Shown here: in pieces, positions 40,099-49,539 of the stretch
Layout: each line of letters opens with the position of its first letter
Position numbering within the stretch: the first letter of the stretch is position 1
Assembly (NCBI GenBank): GCA_965217775.1
Contig: CBDCJH010000002.1
Location: 2,304,001 to 2,368,000, forward strand
DNA: 64,000 nucleotides
Source of the DNA: Acidobacteriota bacterium
Lineage (GTDB): Bacteria > Acidobacteriota > UBA6911 > RPQK01 > JAJDTT01
Direction of reading: 5' to 3'
Notes under the pieces: generated by a model
What the model was told of the DNA's origin: nothing
The model's input: only the letters and a program-made list of their open reading frames with translations
The model's database searches: none
Made by a program: the position numbers and the translations under genes

Positions 40099-40170
40099 CG
40101 TTTTCCTCCGCTCCGCCGCCGGCTGGGTGACGTCCGCCGGGAAAGGGCTGAATGCGGTGCCGTAGCGCCG

Positions 40171-41679
40171 CTATTTGATCTGGAAGGAGTAGAGCCGGGC
40201 GCGGCTGTAGACGAACTTGAGCCGGATCGGACCCGTCAGTCCGCTCAAGTCTCCGCCTTCCCAGCTCACCGTCCGGTAGACGCCCTCTTCCTCGCTCAAC
40301 TTCGAATCCGCAGCGGCAAATCCCGGGATGGTCGTGCCGCTCCGGTCCTGGAGCTCGACCCGCAGGTAGCCGTTGTTGTCCGGGTCGTCGTTGAAGATGT
40401 CCTTCCAGGGCGCGTCCGCCCCTCCCTTGCCTCCCGCCAGCAACTCCACGTTGACCTTCAGGGTGCTCCCCTCGAAGTGGAGCGGATGAGTGGTCACGTG
40501 ACCCTCCGCGGTGGCATCCAGGGCGGCCCATCCGTCCTGCCGGATCTTCATCAGGCCGATCTGTCCCTTGTGTTCGGCCGCGGGGGCGTTGTGGAGGTTG
40601 TCGAACCCCGAGTAGTAGATCCAGACCTCTCCGTCATGGACCACGGGCGTCGAGATGGGAAACACCATCCCGCTGTCGAAGCTGCTCCCGTCGTAGCCAT
40701 TGACCTGGTAGCCCAGCACTATGAAGGGACGCCGGTAAACGGACCGCTCCCAGTTCACGCCGTCCCGGCTCGACGCCAACTGGGCGTCCATGGTCTGGAT
40801 GTCAGTATGGAAGACCCAGACCAACCCCAGATAGTGAGAGCCGTAAGGAAAGGCCGAAACCCCGTAGAATTCGGTGTGGGGCGGGTCGAACTCGTCCGGC
40901 TCCAGGACGAAGCGGCTGTCGCGCCAATGGATGAAGTCGTCGCTCACCAGCCGCGACACCTTGCGCGGTCCGCCGGGGCTGGTCTTGTGGTAGAGCCAGT
41001 ACTGTTTGGTGCCAGGATCCCGCATCAGGCCGAAGGTGTCGCCGCTGCCCCAGATGGGCACCACCGGATTGTTCTCGTAGTCGGTCCAGTTCAGACCGTC
41101 GGGCGAGAAGGCCACCCAGATGCCATGCTTGGGCCGGTCATGGGACTGCCAGTAGGCCAGCTTGTAGCGGCGGTTGGGGTCGGGGTCGTCCGGCTCCTTG
41201 AGGACCACGTGGTTCCAACTGACCCAATCGAGGACGATGTTGTTGGCCTTGGAACCGCGGAACTCCACCAGGCCCAGCTCGGGCTTCTCCCAGTGGATTC
41301 CGTCTTTGGAAGTGGCGTAACAGAGGAATTCGCGAATGTCGGTGTTCCTTGACTTGCCGAAGGTGTTGTACCAAATCTTGAAGATCTGCTCTTCTTCGTC
41401 GTAGATGGCGCTGCCCGGCTGCAGCACCAGGTAGCCTTCCCAGGGACGGTCCGGCTTGATGATGGGGTTTTCGGCGACCTTCCGGGGGCGGGTGTTGTAG
41501 GCCCCGGTCAGGGTCCGCCAGACCCGGTCGCTGTCGGCGATCAGGTGGTCGTCCACGAAAAGCTGCACTCTGGAATCGATCTCCCGCACCGGGCTCGGCT
41601 CCGCGGGCGCGCCCGGCTGGCACGACGGCAACAGGAGCAAGGACAGTGCCAAGAGCAGCAAACGATGGGAGTTCCGCAT
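40171..41679 (-). CDS. Lipoprotein GH32-like beta-propeller + beta-sandwich
   Basis: LLPSC lipobox; QLFVDD, ENPIIKPDRPWE, SKDGIHWEKP, RLYSFQI. Confidence 0.85.
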   Translation of the reverse strand: MRNSHRLLLLALSLLLLPSCQPGAPAEPSPVREIDSRVQLFVDDHLIADSDRVWRTLTGAYNTRPRKVAENPIIKPDRPWEGYLVLQPGSAIYDEEEQIFKIWYNTFGKSRNTDIREFLCYATSKDGIHWEKPELGLVEFRGSKANNIVLDWVSWNHVVLKEPDDPDPNRRYKLAYWQSHDRPKHGIWVAFSPDGLNWTDYENNPVVPIWGSGDTFGLMRDPGTKQYWLYHKTSPGGPRKVSRLVSDDFIHWRDSRFVLEPDEFDPPHTEFYGVSAFPYGSHYLGLVWVFHTDIQTMDAQLASSRDGVNWERSVYRRPFIVLGYQVNGYDGSSFDSGMVFPISTPVVHDGEVWIYYSGFDNLHNAPAAEHKGQIGLMKIRQDGWAALDATAEGHVTTHPLHFEGSTLKVNVELLAGGKGGADAPWKDIFNDDPDNNGYLRVELQDRSGTTIPGFAAADSKLSEEEGVYRTVSWEGGDLSGLTGPIRLKFVYSRARLYSFQIK

Positions 41680-41749
41680 AAAACACCCTCCTCAAGGTTC
41701 TCGGTTTCCGCCCGAATTCTTGGGTCCGACCCTGGAAAAGTCAAGGAGC

Positions 41750-41915
41750 GGGAGCGGCGGCTTTCTTGCCGCCGATTGGGAGCGGCGGTTTCCAGCCGCC
41801 GATTGGGAGCGGCGGTTTCTAGCCGCCGAACTCCCAGGGGAGCAAGGGGGCAGGAGAGTCTGGGGAAATGGAAAGAGGGGGCGACTGGAAATCGCCCCTC
41901 CAAATCGCCCCTCCA
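41750..41915. repeat. Tandem REP-like palindromes (3 x 27-28 bp GGGAGCGGCGG..GCCGCCGATT) plus a related hairpin
   Basis: Head-to-tail hairpin units without spacers; dispersed copies elsewhere in the window. Confidence 0.85.
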
Positions 41916-41999
41916 ACGCGCCCCTACATTTTCCGTGGAAGCAAAAAAAGTAGAGGTGTTCGCCGACGGGGTGATGGTCTAGCATAGGCCCTTCGCCCC

Positions 42000-43289
42000 A
42001 TGCGGAGCGGAAACGAGGAACAGACGACAGTGGAGACTCCCAACCCCGAGACGGTCACCCGGGACATGGACCGGCACAACTCCTGGGTCTTCGCCATCTC
42101 CCATCTCCTCATCTACTTCGCCTCTCCGGTGGTCTACGTGGGGATCGTTCAGGCGGCTCTGTGCGACAAGCTGGGAGCCGGCGCCGCGGTGGCCAACCTC
42201 CCCAACTCGGCCTACTTCCTGGGATTCTTCTTTCCCGTCATCCTCTCCTGGACCCTGGCCTACCGCTTCGAGCGGAACGTGGTGGTGGCGGCCAACCTGG
42301 TGACCTCATCCTCCCTGGTCCTGGTGGCGCTCTCACTCTTCCTGCCGGTGGCGGACTCGATCCGCCTGGGGGTGGTCATCGGTCAGGGGCTGGTCCTGGG
42401 CTTGGCGGACTCCTCCTCCATCGTCTACATGTACCAGTGCCTGAAACGGGGCACGAGCCTGAAGGGCCGGGCCCGCTGCCTGAAATGGACCTTCGCCTTC
42501 ACACCCATCCTGGCGGTGGTGGGGAACCTGCTGGCCCAGTTCATCCTCGACGGAGGGATTCCTTTTCTGTCGCATCCCCAGGACTTCGGACTTCTCTACC
42601 TGCTGGCCGCGGGCTGCACGGGTGGAGTCGCCTTCCTGGCCACGCGCTTCCGTCTGACGGAGATCGCCGAGAAGAAACCGCCCTTCGCCGAGACCATGAA
42701 GACCACGTTCCGGTCCTATCTCCAAGTCCGGACCCTCTTCCTGATCTGGATCGCGTACTTGCTCCTGTTCCTGGCCTGGAACTCCATGACCAACCTCTCT
42801 CTCTACAGCCGAGAGGCCCTGGGGGCCGATCCCAAGGACTACGCCGGTTACATGAACGCCCTCCGCTTCGGATTCAAGGCCGTCACCGGTTTCGCTCTGG
42901 GGGTGATCATGATCCGCTGGGGGATCCGGGCGCCCCTGGTGACGACGGTGCTCCTGACGGCCGCAGGCATCCTCTGGGCCTGGGTGGTCCCGGGCCACGC
43001 CTTCCTGATGGCCTTCGCCTTCATGGGCGGAGGGGAACTGGCGGGCGCCTACTTTCCCAACTACGTCATCAGCGTCTCCGCGGCGGCCGCGGCGGCCCGG
43101 AACAACGCTTTCCTTTCACTGGTGCTTCCCGTCAGCTCCTTTGCACCGGCGCTCCACGGCGCCCTCGCCGACGCCTTCGGCTTTCCCGCCAGCTTCGCGT
43201 TCGGCCTGGCTATGGCGGCTCTGGCGCTGACGCTGGTGTTGTGCTTGCCGGCCCGGGCGGAGACAATCGCTGCCAAGTCTCATGACTGA
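42000..43289 (+). CDS. MFS transporter
   Basis: About 12 hydrophobic segments in 429 aa; first gene of a 4-gene operon. Confidence 0.8.
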   Translation: MRSGNEEQTTVETPNPETVTRDMDRHNSWVFAISHLLIYFASPVVYVGIVQAALCDKLGAGAAVANLPNSAYFLGFFFPVILSWTLAYRFERNVVVAANLVTSSSLVLVALSLFLPVADSIRLGVVIGQGLVLGLADSSSIVYMYQCLKRGTSLKGRARCLKWTFAFTPILAVVGNLLAQFILDGGIPFLSHPQDFGLLYLLAAGCTGGVAFLATRFRLTEIAEKKPPFAETMKTTFRSYLQVRTLFLIWIAYLLLFLAWNSMTNLSLYSREALGADPKDYAGYMNALRFGFKAVTGFALGVIMIRWGIRAPLVTTVLLTAAGILWAWVVPGHAFLMAFAFMGGGELAGAYFPNYVISVSAAAAAARNNAFLSLVLPVSSFAPALHGALADAFGFPASFAFGLAMAALALTLVLCLPARAETIAAKSHD

Positions 43290-44052
43290 TCAGACCGCAC
43301 GCATCGGAATCCTGTACCCGTTCCAATCGGCGGAAGACGACTATCCTCGCATGGCTCCCATGGTCCGCCCCGAGGTGCGGATGGAAGTCGTCCACACCAC
43401 CATCGCGGAGGACGCCCACCGCGAGGACGCCTGTCTGGCCACGGGAGACGTGAAGCGGCTCCTGGAGGGCGCCCGTAATTTGGCTCCCAAGAAGGTGGAC
43501 GCCGCCATGTGGGCCTGCACCAGCGGCAGCTTCGTCTACGGATTGGAAGGGGCCAGGGATCAGGTCCGGCCGGTTGCCGACTTCCTGGGAGTCCCTGTCT
43601 CCAGCACTTCCCTGGCCTTCGTCTCGGCCCTCCATTTCCTGGGCATCCGTCGCGTGGCGGTGGCCGCCAGCTATCCCCGGGACGTGACCCTGCTGCTGAA
43701 ACAGTTCCTTTCCGATGCCGGTGTCCGGACCGTCCATCTGGACTGCCTGGACATCGTCACCGGGGTGGAGGTGGCCCTCTTGAACCAGGAACAGGTCACG
43801 CGGTTCGTCTGCGGCAACGATCACGCCGAGGCCGAAGCCATCGTGGTCCCGGACACGGCCATGCACTCGGCCGGCTGGGTCGCCGACCTGGAAGAAGCCG
43901 TCGGAGGCAAGCCGGTCCTGACGGCGAATCAGGTGACCCTCTGGCAGGCGCTTCAACTCGTCGACGGAGGATCCTTCCACGTGGACGAGTCCATGGGTTC
44001 TCTATTCTGTGCCGGAACCGCCCGCCCGGCGTCGAGTTCCGGCGGAGAATGA
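43282..44052 (+). CDS. Maleate cis-trans isomerase / Asp-Glu racemase superfamily protein
   Basis: RIGILYP, WACTSGSF, VAVAASY, PDTAMH, KPVLTANQ. Confidence 0.88.
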   Translation: MTDQTARIGILYPFQSAEDDYPRMAPMVRPEVRMEVVHTTIAEDAHREDACLATGDVKRLLEGARNLAPKKVDAAMWACTSGSFVYGLEGARDQVRPVADFLGVPVSSTSLAFVSALHFLGIRRVAVAASYPRDVTLLLKQFLSDAGVRTVHLDCLDIVTGVEVALLNQEQVTRFVCGNDHAEAEAIVVPDTAMHSAGWVADLEEAVGGKPVLTANQVTLWQALQLVDGGSFHVDESMGSLFCAGTARPASSSGGE

Positions 44053-44079
44053 ATCCGGACCCCAAAGGAGAAGACGGAC

Positions 44080-45243
44080 ATGCCCATCCCCAGAGAGCCC
44101 GCCTTCGACGTCGCCGAGTACCGGCGCCGGCTGGAACGGGTCCATCGATCCATGGCCTCCCGGTCCCTAGGCGCCCTGGTCCTGTTCAGCCCCCACAACG
44201 TCTTCTACCTCTCGGGGATGGATACGGAGAACCTGTCCGACTACCAGTGCCTGCTGGTCCCGGCCGGCGACGACCCGATTCTGGTCACGTCCCACTTCGA
44301 GGAGGCCCGGGCCGCGAACTCGTGCTGGCACCGCGGCCAGGTGTTCTACGGACCGTTCGAGAACCCGATCCAAGTGACGCTGGATGCGGTGCGCCGGCTG
44401 AAGGTCCGGACTCTGGGCCTGGAACGGCGCAACCGGGCGGTCTCGCCAGACCACTATCAGTCGTTGGCAGGGGAATTGTCCGACCTGCGGATCGACGATC
44501 CATTCGGCGTGGTGGAACATTCCCGGCTGGTCAAATCGCCGGCCGAGATCGCCTGCATGCGCCGGGCCGCCATCCTCACCGATCTCGGAGTCGAGGCGGC
44601 CTACGGCGCCATGAGCGAGGGCCAACGGGATTCGGACGTGGCGGCCGCCATCATGGAGGCCATGTACGGCAACGGCAGCGACACCGTCTGCTGGGGACCC
44701 ATCGTGGCCGCCGGCTACCGCGCGGGGAGCGCCCACAGCACCTTCATGGGGCTGCCGCTACGCCGGGGGCAGACCGTCTTCCTGGAGCTGACGGCCCAGG
44801 TGCGGCGTTATGTGGCACCCCTCATGCGAACTGCCGTTTTGGGACCGCCGACCGACGACATGAAGCGCGTGGAAGCGGCCGGCCGCGCGGCGCTCGCCTG
44901 CATCCTGGAGGAGGCCCGGCCCGGCGTCCCGGCCGCCCACGTGGCCCGCACGGCCCTGGCGATCCTGGAGCCGGTCCTTCCCGGACACGTCTTCCACTAC
45001 AACTTCGGCTATCCGGTGGGAATCGGCTACCCACCAAGCTGGATCGAAGAGTTGGACTTTCTCATGCGCACCGACAATCCGAGGCCGCTGGAGGCCGGCA
45101 TGACCTTCCACCTCCCCATGTCGGTCCGCAAGTACGGCGAGTACGGAGTCAACCTGAGCCAGACCATCCTGGTGGGAGAAGACGAGACCGAGGCCCTCGC
45201 TCGGACTCCGGCGCGGTTGCACCAGATCAGATTCGGGAATTAG
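44080..45243 (+). CDS. M24-fold hydrolase, ectoine hydrolase (EutD/DoeA)/creatinase-like
   Basis: EYRRRL..V, RLVKSPAEI, ELTAQVRRYVAPLMRT, GYPVGIGYPPSW, GMTFH. Confidence 0.85.
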   Translation: MPIPREPAFDVAEYRRRLERVHRSMASRSLGALVLFSPHNVFYLSGMDTENLSDYQCLLVPAGDDPILVTSHFEEARAANSCWHRGQVFYGPFENPIQVTLDAVRRLKVRTLGLERRNRAVSPDHYQSLAGELSDLRIDDPFGVVEHSRLVKSPAEIACMRRAAILTDLGVEAAYGAMSEGQRDSDVAAAIMEAMYGNGSDTVCWGPIVAAGYRAGSAHSTFMGLPLRRGQTVFLELTAQVRRYVAPLMRTAVLGPPTDDMKRVEAAGRAALACILEEARPGVPAAHVARTALAILEPVLPGHVFHYNFGYPVGIGYPPSWIEELDFLMRTDNPRPLEAGMTFHLPMSVRKYGEYGVNLSQTILVGEDETEALARTPARLHQIRFGN

Positions 45244-45322
45244 AAATTAAGGATCCGGGAGTCGGCGTCTGGAGACCGATGCCGTCCCAAACCCAACTTC
45301 AAGACCAACCGGAGAGGACAGC

Positions 45323-46381
45323 ATGATCGAAGCGCTTCGAGGCAAGATTCAGACGGTGACCGGCCCCATCGAACCGGACGATCTGGGGGTGACGCTGATT
45401 CACGAGCACCTTTATTTCGACCTGACCTGCTACTACCAGCCGCCGCAGGACGAGAAGGGAGAACGGCTGACGGACCAGGAACTGAGCCTGTCTAATCTGG
45501 GCTGGGTCCGGAACAACACCATGACTTCACGGCCCAACCTCCGGTCCTATGACGACGACGTCATCGCCTCGGAAGTCGAGCTCTACATGGACCTGGGCGG
45601 ACGAGCCATGGTGGACTGCACCATCAACGGCATCGAGCCCAATCCGGCCGGTCTCAGGAGGATCGCCGAGAGAACCGGTTTGCACGTAATCGCCGGCAGC
45701 GGATATTACATCTATCCCTCCCATCCCCCGGACATGGACTCCAAGACCATCGACGACATCCAGGACGAGATCGTCGGGGACCTCACCCGGGGCGGGCACG
45801 GAACCGACGTCCTCTCGGGCCTCATCGGCGAGCTGGGGGCTTCCTGGCCCTTGCATCCCAACGAAGAGAAAACCTTCCGGGCGGGAGCCCGGGCGCACCT
45901 GGAAACCGGCGCCCCCATCTCGGTCCACCCCGGACACGACCCCGACTCTCCCCGCTCCCTCATCGAGCTGCTGAAGGAAGAGGGCGTGCAACCCGACCGG
46001 GTCATCATGAGCCACATCGAGAACCGTTATCGCGAAGACCTGGACCGCTACAAGCGCCTGGCCGACACCGGCTGCATGCTGGGATTCGACACTTACGGAC
46101 GGGATATGTACTTTGCCGGCGCGGGCCGCCAGCATCCGCCCGACGACCTCCGAAACCACATCATCGCCACCCTGGTGGCCGACGGCTACGCCGAGTCCGT
46201 CACGGCGGCTCAGGACTGCTGCTTCCAGTGCGACCTGGTCACTTACGGCGGGAACGGCTACGGGCACATCCTGGAGAACATCGTGCCCCGGCTCGGGAAC
46301 CTGGGGGTGGACGAAAAGGCCCTCCACCAGATCCTGGTGGAGAATCCCAAACGGGTCCTGACGTTCCGCGATCCCAGCTGA
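45323..46381 (+). CDS. Phosphotriesterase-related (PTER-like) amidohydrolase
   Basis: IQTVTGP, TLIHEHL, IGELGASWPL, VHPG, MSH, QD. Confidence 0.9.
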   Translation: MIEALRGKIQTVTGPIEPDDLGVTLIHEHLYFDLTCYYQPPQDEKGERLTDQELSLSNLGWVRNNTMTSRPNLRSYDDDVIASEVELYMDLGGRAMVDCTINGIEPNPAGLRRIAERTGLHVIAGSGYYIYPSHPPDMDSKTIDDIQDEIVGDLTRGGHGTDVLSGLIGELGASWPLHPNEEKTFRAGARAHLETGAPISVHPGHDPDSPRSLIELLKEEGVQPDRVIMSHIENRYREDLDRYKRLADTGCMLGFDTYGRDMYFAGAGRQHPPDDLRNHIIATLVADGYAESVTAAQDCCFQCDLVTYGGNGYGHILENIVPRLGNLGVDEKALHQILVENPKRVLTFRDPS

Positions 46382-46401
46382 TCACGCAGCGCCGGCGGAT
46401 T

Positions 46402-46429
46402 GGGAGCGGCGACTTTCTTGTCGCCGATT
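46402..46429. repeat. REP-like palindrome (family of 41750)
   Basis: GGGAGCGGCGACTTTCTTGTCGCCGATT. Confidence 0.75.
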
Positions 46430-46552
46430 GGGGGGGCAGGGGGGACGGAGTCCCCACTTTACAGCCCCGACTCCTCCAAAAACAAAAGAGGACGCCCACA
46501 AGGAGCGCCCCCAATTCCGTCGGTCGCACCGCCGGTCAAATCCCGGCGGCCT

Positions 46553-48130
46553 CTATTGCGTGGCTCCGGCCTCGGTAAGAATTCCCACGATGTTGCCGTA
46601 ACCCTGCTGGACCGCCAACTTCAGGGCGCTGCGGCCGTCGTTTCCTTTGACGTTGACGTCGGCGCCGTTCTCGACCAGCACCTGGACCACGTCGGCTTCC
46701 TTCCCCGCGACCGCCAGCATAAGTGCGTTCCAGCCATTGTAGTTGGTGGCCTTGAGGTCGGCGCCACCCGCCAACAGGGAACGGACCATTTCCGCCTCCC
46801 CTTCCGAAGCCGCATGCATCAACGGGGTCCAATCGGCGTTGAGACGGAAGTTGACCCGAGCTCCACCCTGGATCAGAGCTTCCACCGTGTCGGCATGTCC
46901 TTCGTTGATGGCCAGCATCAGACAGGGAAGACCATCCTTGGTCTTGGAGTTCACGTTGGCCCCCTTGGCCATCAAGAGCTTTGCCGCCTCCGTCTGTCCC
47001 TGGTTGGCGGCGATGAGGACGGCCGTCCAGCCGGTCCGGCGGGAGCGAGTTTTGACTCTGGAACCGGCGTCGACGAGCAGGTTCATGCTCCCGACATGCC
47101 CTCCTTCCGCTGCCGCCATAAGTGGAGTCTGGTCCCCCCTGTCGCCGGCATCCCGGAAATAGCGAAGAGACCGCGGCCACTTCTTGCGGCCCCTCTCCAG
47201 CAGCAGCGTCAAGGTCTCGTCGTGACCCTTACTCGCAGCGAGCCAGACGCCGTTTCGGCCATCGCCGTCCTTGCCATCCAACTGGGCGCCCTTATCCGCG
47301 ATCAGCTCGACCATGGCGGTCTGTCCTCGACCCGCCGCCCAGAGCAAGGCGGTACGCTTGTCCGCGTCCTTGTAGTCCACACGCGCTCCCTGCTCCAACA
47401 GCACCTTCGCCGTCTCCACATGCCCTTCACCCGACGCCACCATGAGTGGAGTCCAACCCAGCTTGGTGTAGGCATTGACGTCGGCCCCCTTGGAAAGAAA
47501 ATCGGAGACCATCTCGGTATGACCGCCGGTTGCGGCGAAGAGGAGGGGAGTCCGACCCGAGTTGTCCGTTTCCTTGACGTTGGCGCCGGCGTCTTCCAAA
47601 GCCCGGACCACCGCCATATACCCTCCTTCGGCGGCGCGCATTATGGCCGTTCGTCCTGCGGCGTCCTTGGCCCCGACCTCAGCCCCCTTCTTCAAAAGGA
47701 ATTCCACCATCGCCGTCTGTCCCTCGGCGGCTGCCAAAGCCAGCGGCCGCTCGCCCCGCCGGCTCTCGCCATCCAGCGGCCCTCCCAGTCCCAGGAGGGC
47801 GTCCACGGCCTCGACGTGCCCCTTTTCTACGGCATACATCAGCGCCGTCTTTCCGTCCGGGTCAGTCCGAGCCAGTTCGGCGCCACCCGCCACCAGGGCC
47901 TGGATCACGCCTGTATGCCCCTCCTCCGCCGCCCTGACCAGGAGGGACTTGCCGCCATAGACGCGGTTGGGATCGGCGCCCTGCACGATGAGATCTTCCA
48001 CATCGGAAGCCTCGCCGGCCGCCACCGCATCCTCCATCTCCCGCCGGACGTTGGAGGAGCAGCTCACCGAAACCAGTAACAGGAGCAGAAGAAGACCAAA
48101 ACTATTTGATTGACACAGTGCCCGGATCAT
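46553..48130 (-). CDS. Ankyrin repeat protein, probable lipoprotein
   Basis: More than a dozen G.T(P/A)LM.AA..G...V..L...GA.V repeats; LLLVSVSC lipobox-like signal. Confidence 0.92.
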   Translation of the reverse strand: MIRALCQSNSFGLLLLLLLVSVSCSSNVRREMEDAVAAGEASDVEDLIVQGADPNRVYGGKSLLVRAAEEGHTGVIQALVAGGAELARTDPDGKTALMYAVEKGHVEAVDALLGLGGPLDGESRRGERPLALAAAEGQTAMVEFLLKKGAEVGAKDAAGRTAIMRAAEGGYMAVVRALEDAGANVKETDNSGRTPLLFAATGGHTEMVSDFLSKGADVNAYTKLGWTPLMVASGEGHVETAKVLLEQGARVDYKDADKRTALLWAAGRGQTAMVELIADKGAQLDGKDGDGRNGVWLAASKGHDETLTLLLERGRKKWPRSLRYFRDAGDRGDQTPLMAAAEGGHVGSMNLLVDAGSRVKTRSRRTGWTAVLIAANQGQTEAAKLLMAKGANVNSKTKDGLPCLMLAINEGHADTVEALIQGGARVNFRLNADWTPLMHAASEGEAEMVRSLLAGGADLKATNYNGWNALMLAVAGKEADVVQVLVENGADVNVKGNDGRSALKLAVQQGYGNIVGILTEAGATQ

Positions 48131-48278
48131 TCGAAACCACCTCCAAGATTCACCTACACCATTCCGCCGAGGTGAGCGCATATCTTAGCCGGAGGACCGG
48201 CGGCGAGACAACCTGACGACCGCGCCCATCCGATCTCCGGCGTAGACTCGAACCCGCCGATTCCGTGCGACGCCCTAG

Positions 48279-48437
48279 GAGCCTGCGCCGCAGAAATTGA
48301 TCTACTGCGAAAGCGGTAGAATCGGTCCGGATTTCCCCGATTTCTCGGCGAATAGAACAACTATGCACCTCCAAATCGAGAAAATCCGGCCTCGATTCCC
48401 CACTTTCTCGCTACGATCATTTCTACCGCGCAGACTC
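48279..48437. mobile_element. MITE, second copy of the 31687 element
   Basis: Highly similar over its full length; flanks CTAG/CTAA. Confidence 0.9.
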
Positions 48438-48483
48438 CTAAGTTGGATTTCAGTTAGGGTCGAAAAGATCAAAAGTGAGAGAA

Positions 48484-49539
48484 TCACACGACAAAGATGG
48501 GCGGCGCGGCGTCGGTGAGCTTCACGGCGACGGGCGCGCCAACGTTTAGCGACGAGGTATCGGTCCGTAGGGTCCGGAAACTCGCAAGCTCCGTTCCCGA
48601 AGGCAGCCGCACACGGTAGCGTTCGTGGGAGCCGCGAAACGCACGCTCGACGACGACGCCTGGTCCGGCGCGACTCGGCGTGACCTCAAGCTCGTGCGGT
48701 CTGACGGCAACCATCACCTTTGTCCCGACCGCGAGCGAGTCGGAACCCCGAGCCGGTCCCAGCTCAGTCTCGACCCCCACCCTCGTGACGACACCGGGCA
48801 GGAACGTGGCATCCAGCACGAATTCCGCAACGAACCGGCTGCCCGGACGATCGTGAAGGTCGCGGGCCGAGCCCACTTGCTCGAGCCTTGCATGGCGCAT
48901 CACTGCCACCCGGTCCGCGATCTGAAAAGCCTCCTCCCGGTCGTGCGTGACGACGATGGCGGCGCGTCCGGCATGTTTCAGGATCCGCCGAAGCTCTTTA
49001 CACAAGCTCGTGCGCAGGGCCGCGTCCAGGTTCGACAGCGGCTCGTCCAGCAGCAGCAGCTCGCACCCTGGAGCGAGCGCCCGCGCGAGCGCGGTGCGCT
49101 GCTGTTGGCCGCCGGAAAGCTGGTGCGGAAAGCGTGATTCCATCCCCTTGAGGCCGCACAAATCCATCGTTTCGCGAGCGCGCCGCGCGCGAGCGGCGGG
49201 GGTGAGTCCGGTCAGTCCGAACTCGACGTTTCTTCGGACATCCAAATGTGGAAACAGCGCGTAGTCCTGGAAGACGAAACCGATGCGACGCTCTTCAGGC
49301 GGGAGCTCGACCTCGTCACTCTGTACGATTCGACCCCCAATGCGAATCGTGCCACGGTCCGGTGTCTCGAATCCGGCGATCAGTCGAAGGGTCGTCGTCT
49401 TGCCGCACCCGCTCGGACCGAGAAGCGCCAGGATTTCACCCTTCGGCATCGAGAACGATACGTCCGACACGGCCGGCGACGGCGAGCCTTCGAAAGTCTT
49501 GTCAAGGCCGTCGAGGGACAGGAAGACGTCCGTCATCAC
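48484..49539 (-). CDS. fbpC: Fe3+ ABC transporter ATP-binding protein
   Basis: GPSGCGKT, LSGGQQQR, LLLDEP; operon context. Confidence 0.9.
   Translation of the reverse strand: MMTDVFLSLDGLDKTFEGSPSPAVSDVSFSMPKGEILALLGPSGCGKTTTLRLIAGFETPDRGTIRIGGRIVQSDEVELPPEERRIGFVFQDYALFPHLDVRRNVEFGLTGLTPAARARRARETMDLCGLKGMESRFPHQLSGGQQQRTALARALAPGCELLLLDEPLSNLDAALRTSLCKELRRILKHAGRAAIVVTHDREEAFQIADRVAVMRHARLEQVGSARDLHDRPGSRFVAEFVLDATFLPGVVTRVGVETELGPARGSDSLAVGTKVMVAVRPHELEVTPSRAGPGVVVERAFRGSHERYRVRLPSGTELASFRTLRTDTSSLNVGAPVAVKLTDAAPPIFVV

Noticed and set aside
41750-41830. Possible mini-CRISPR array
   Set aside because: Repeats are head-to-tail with no spacers, there are no cas genes, and the same unit is dispersed as REP-like elements.
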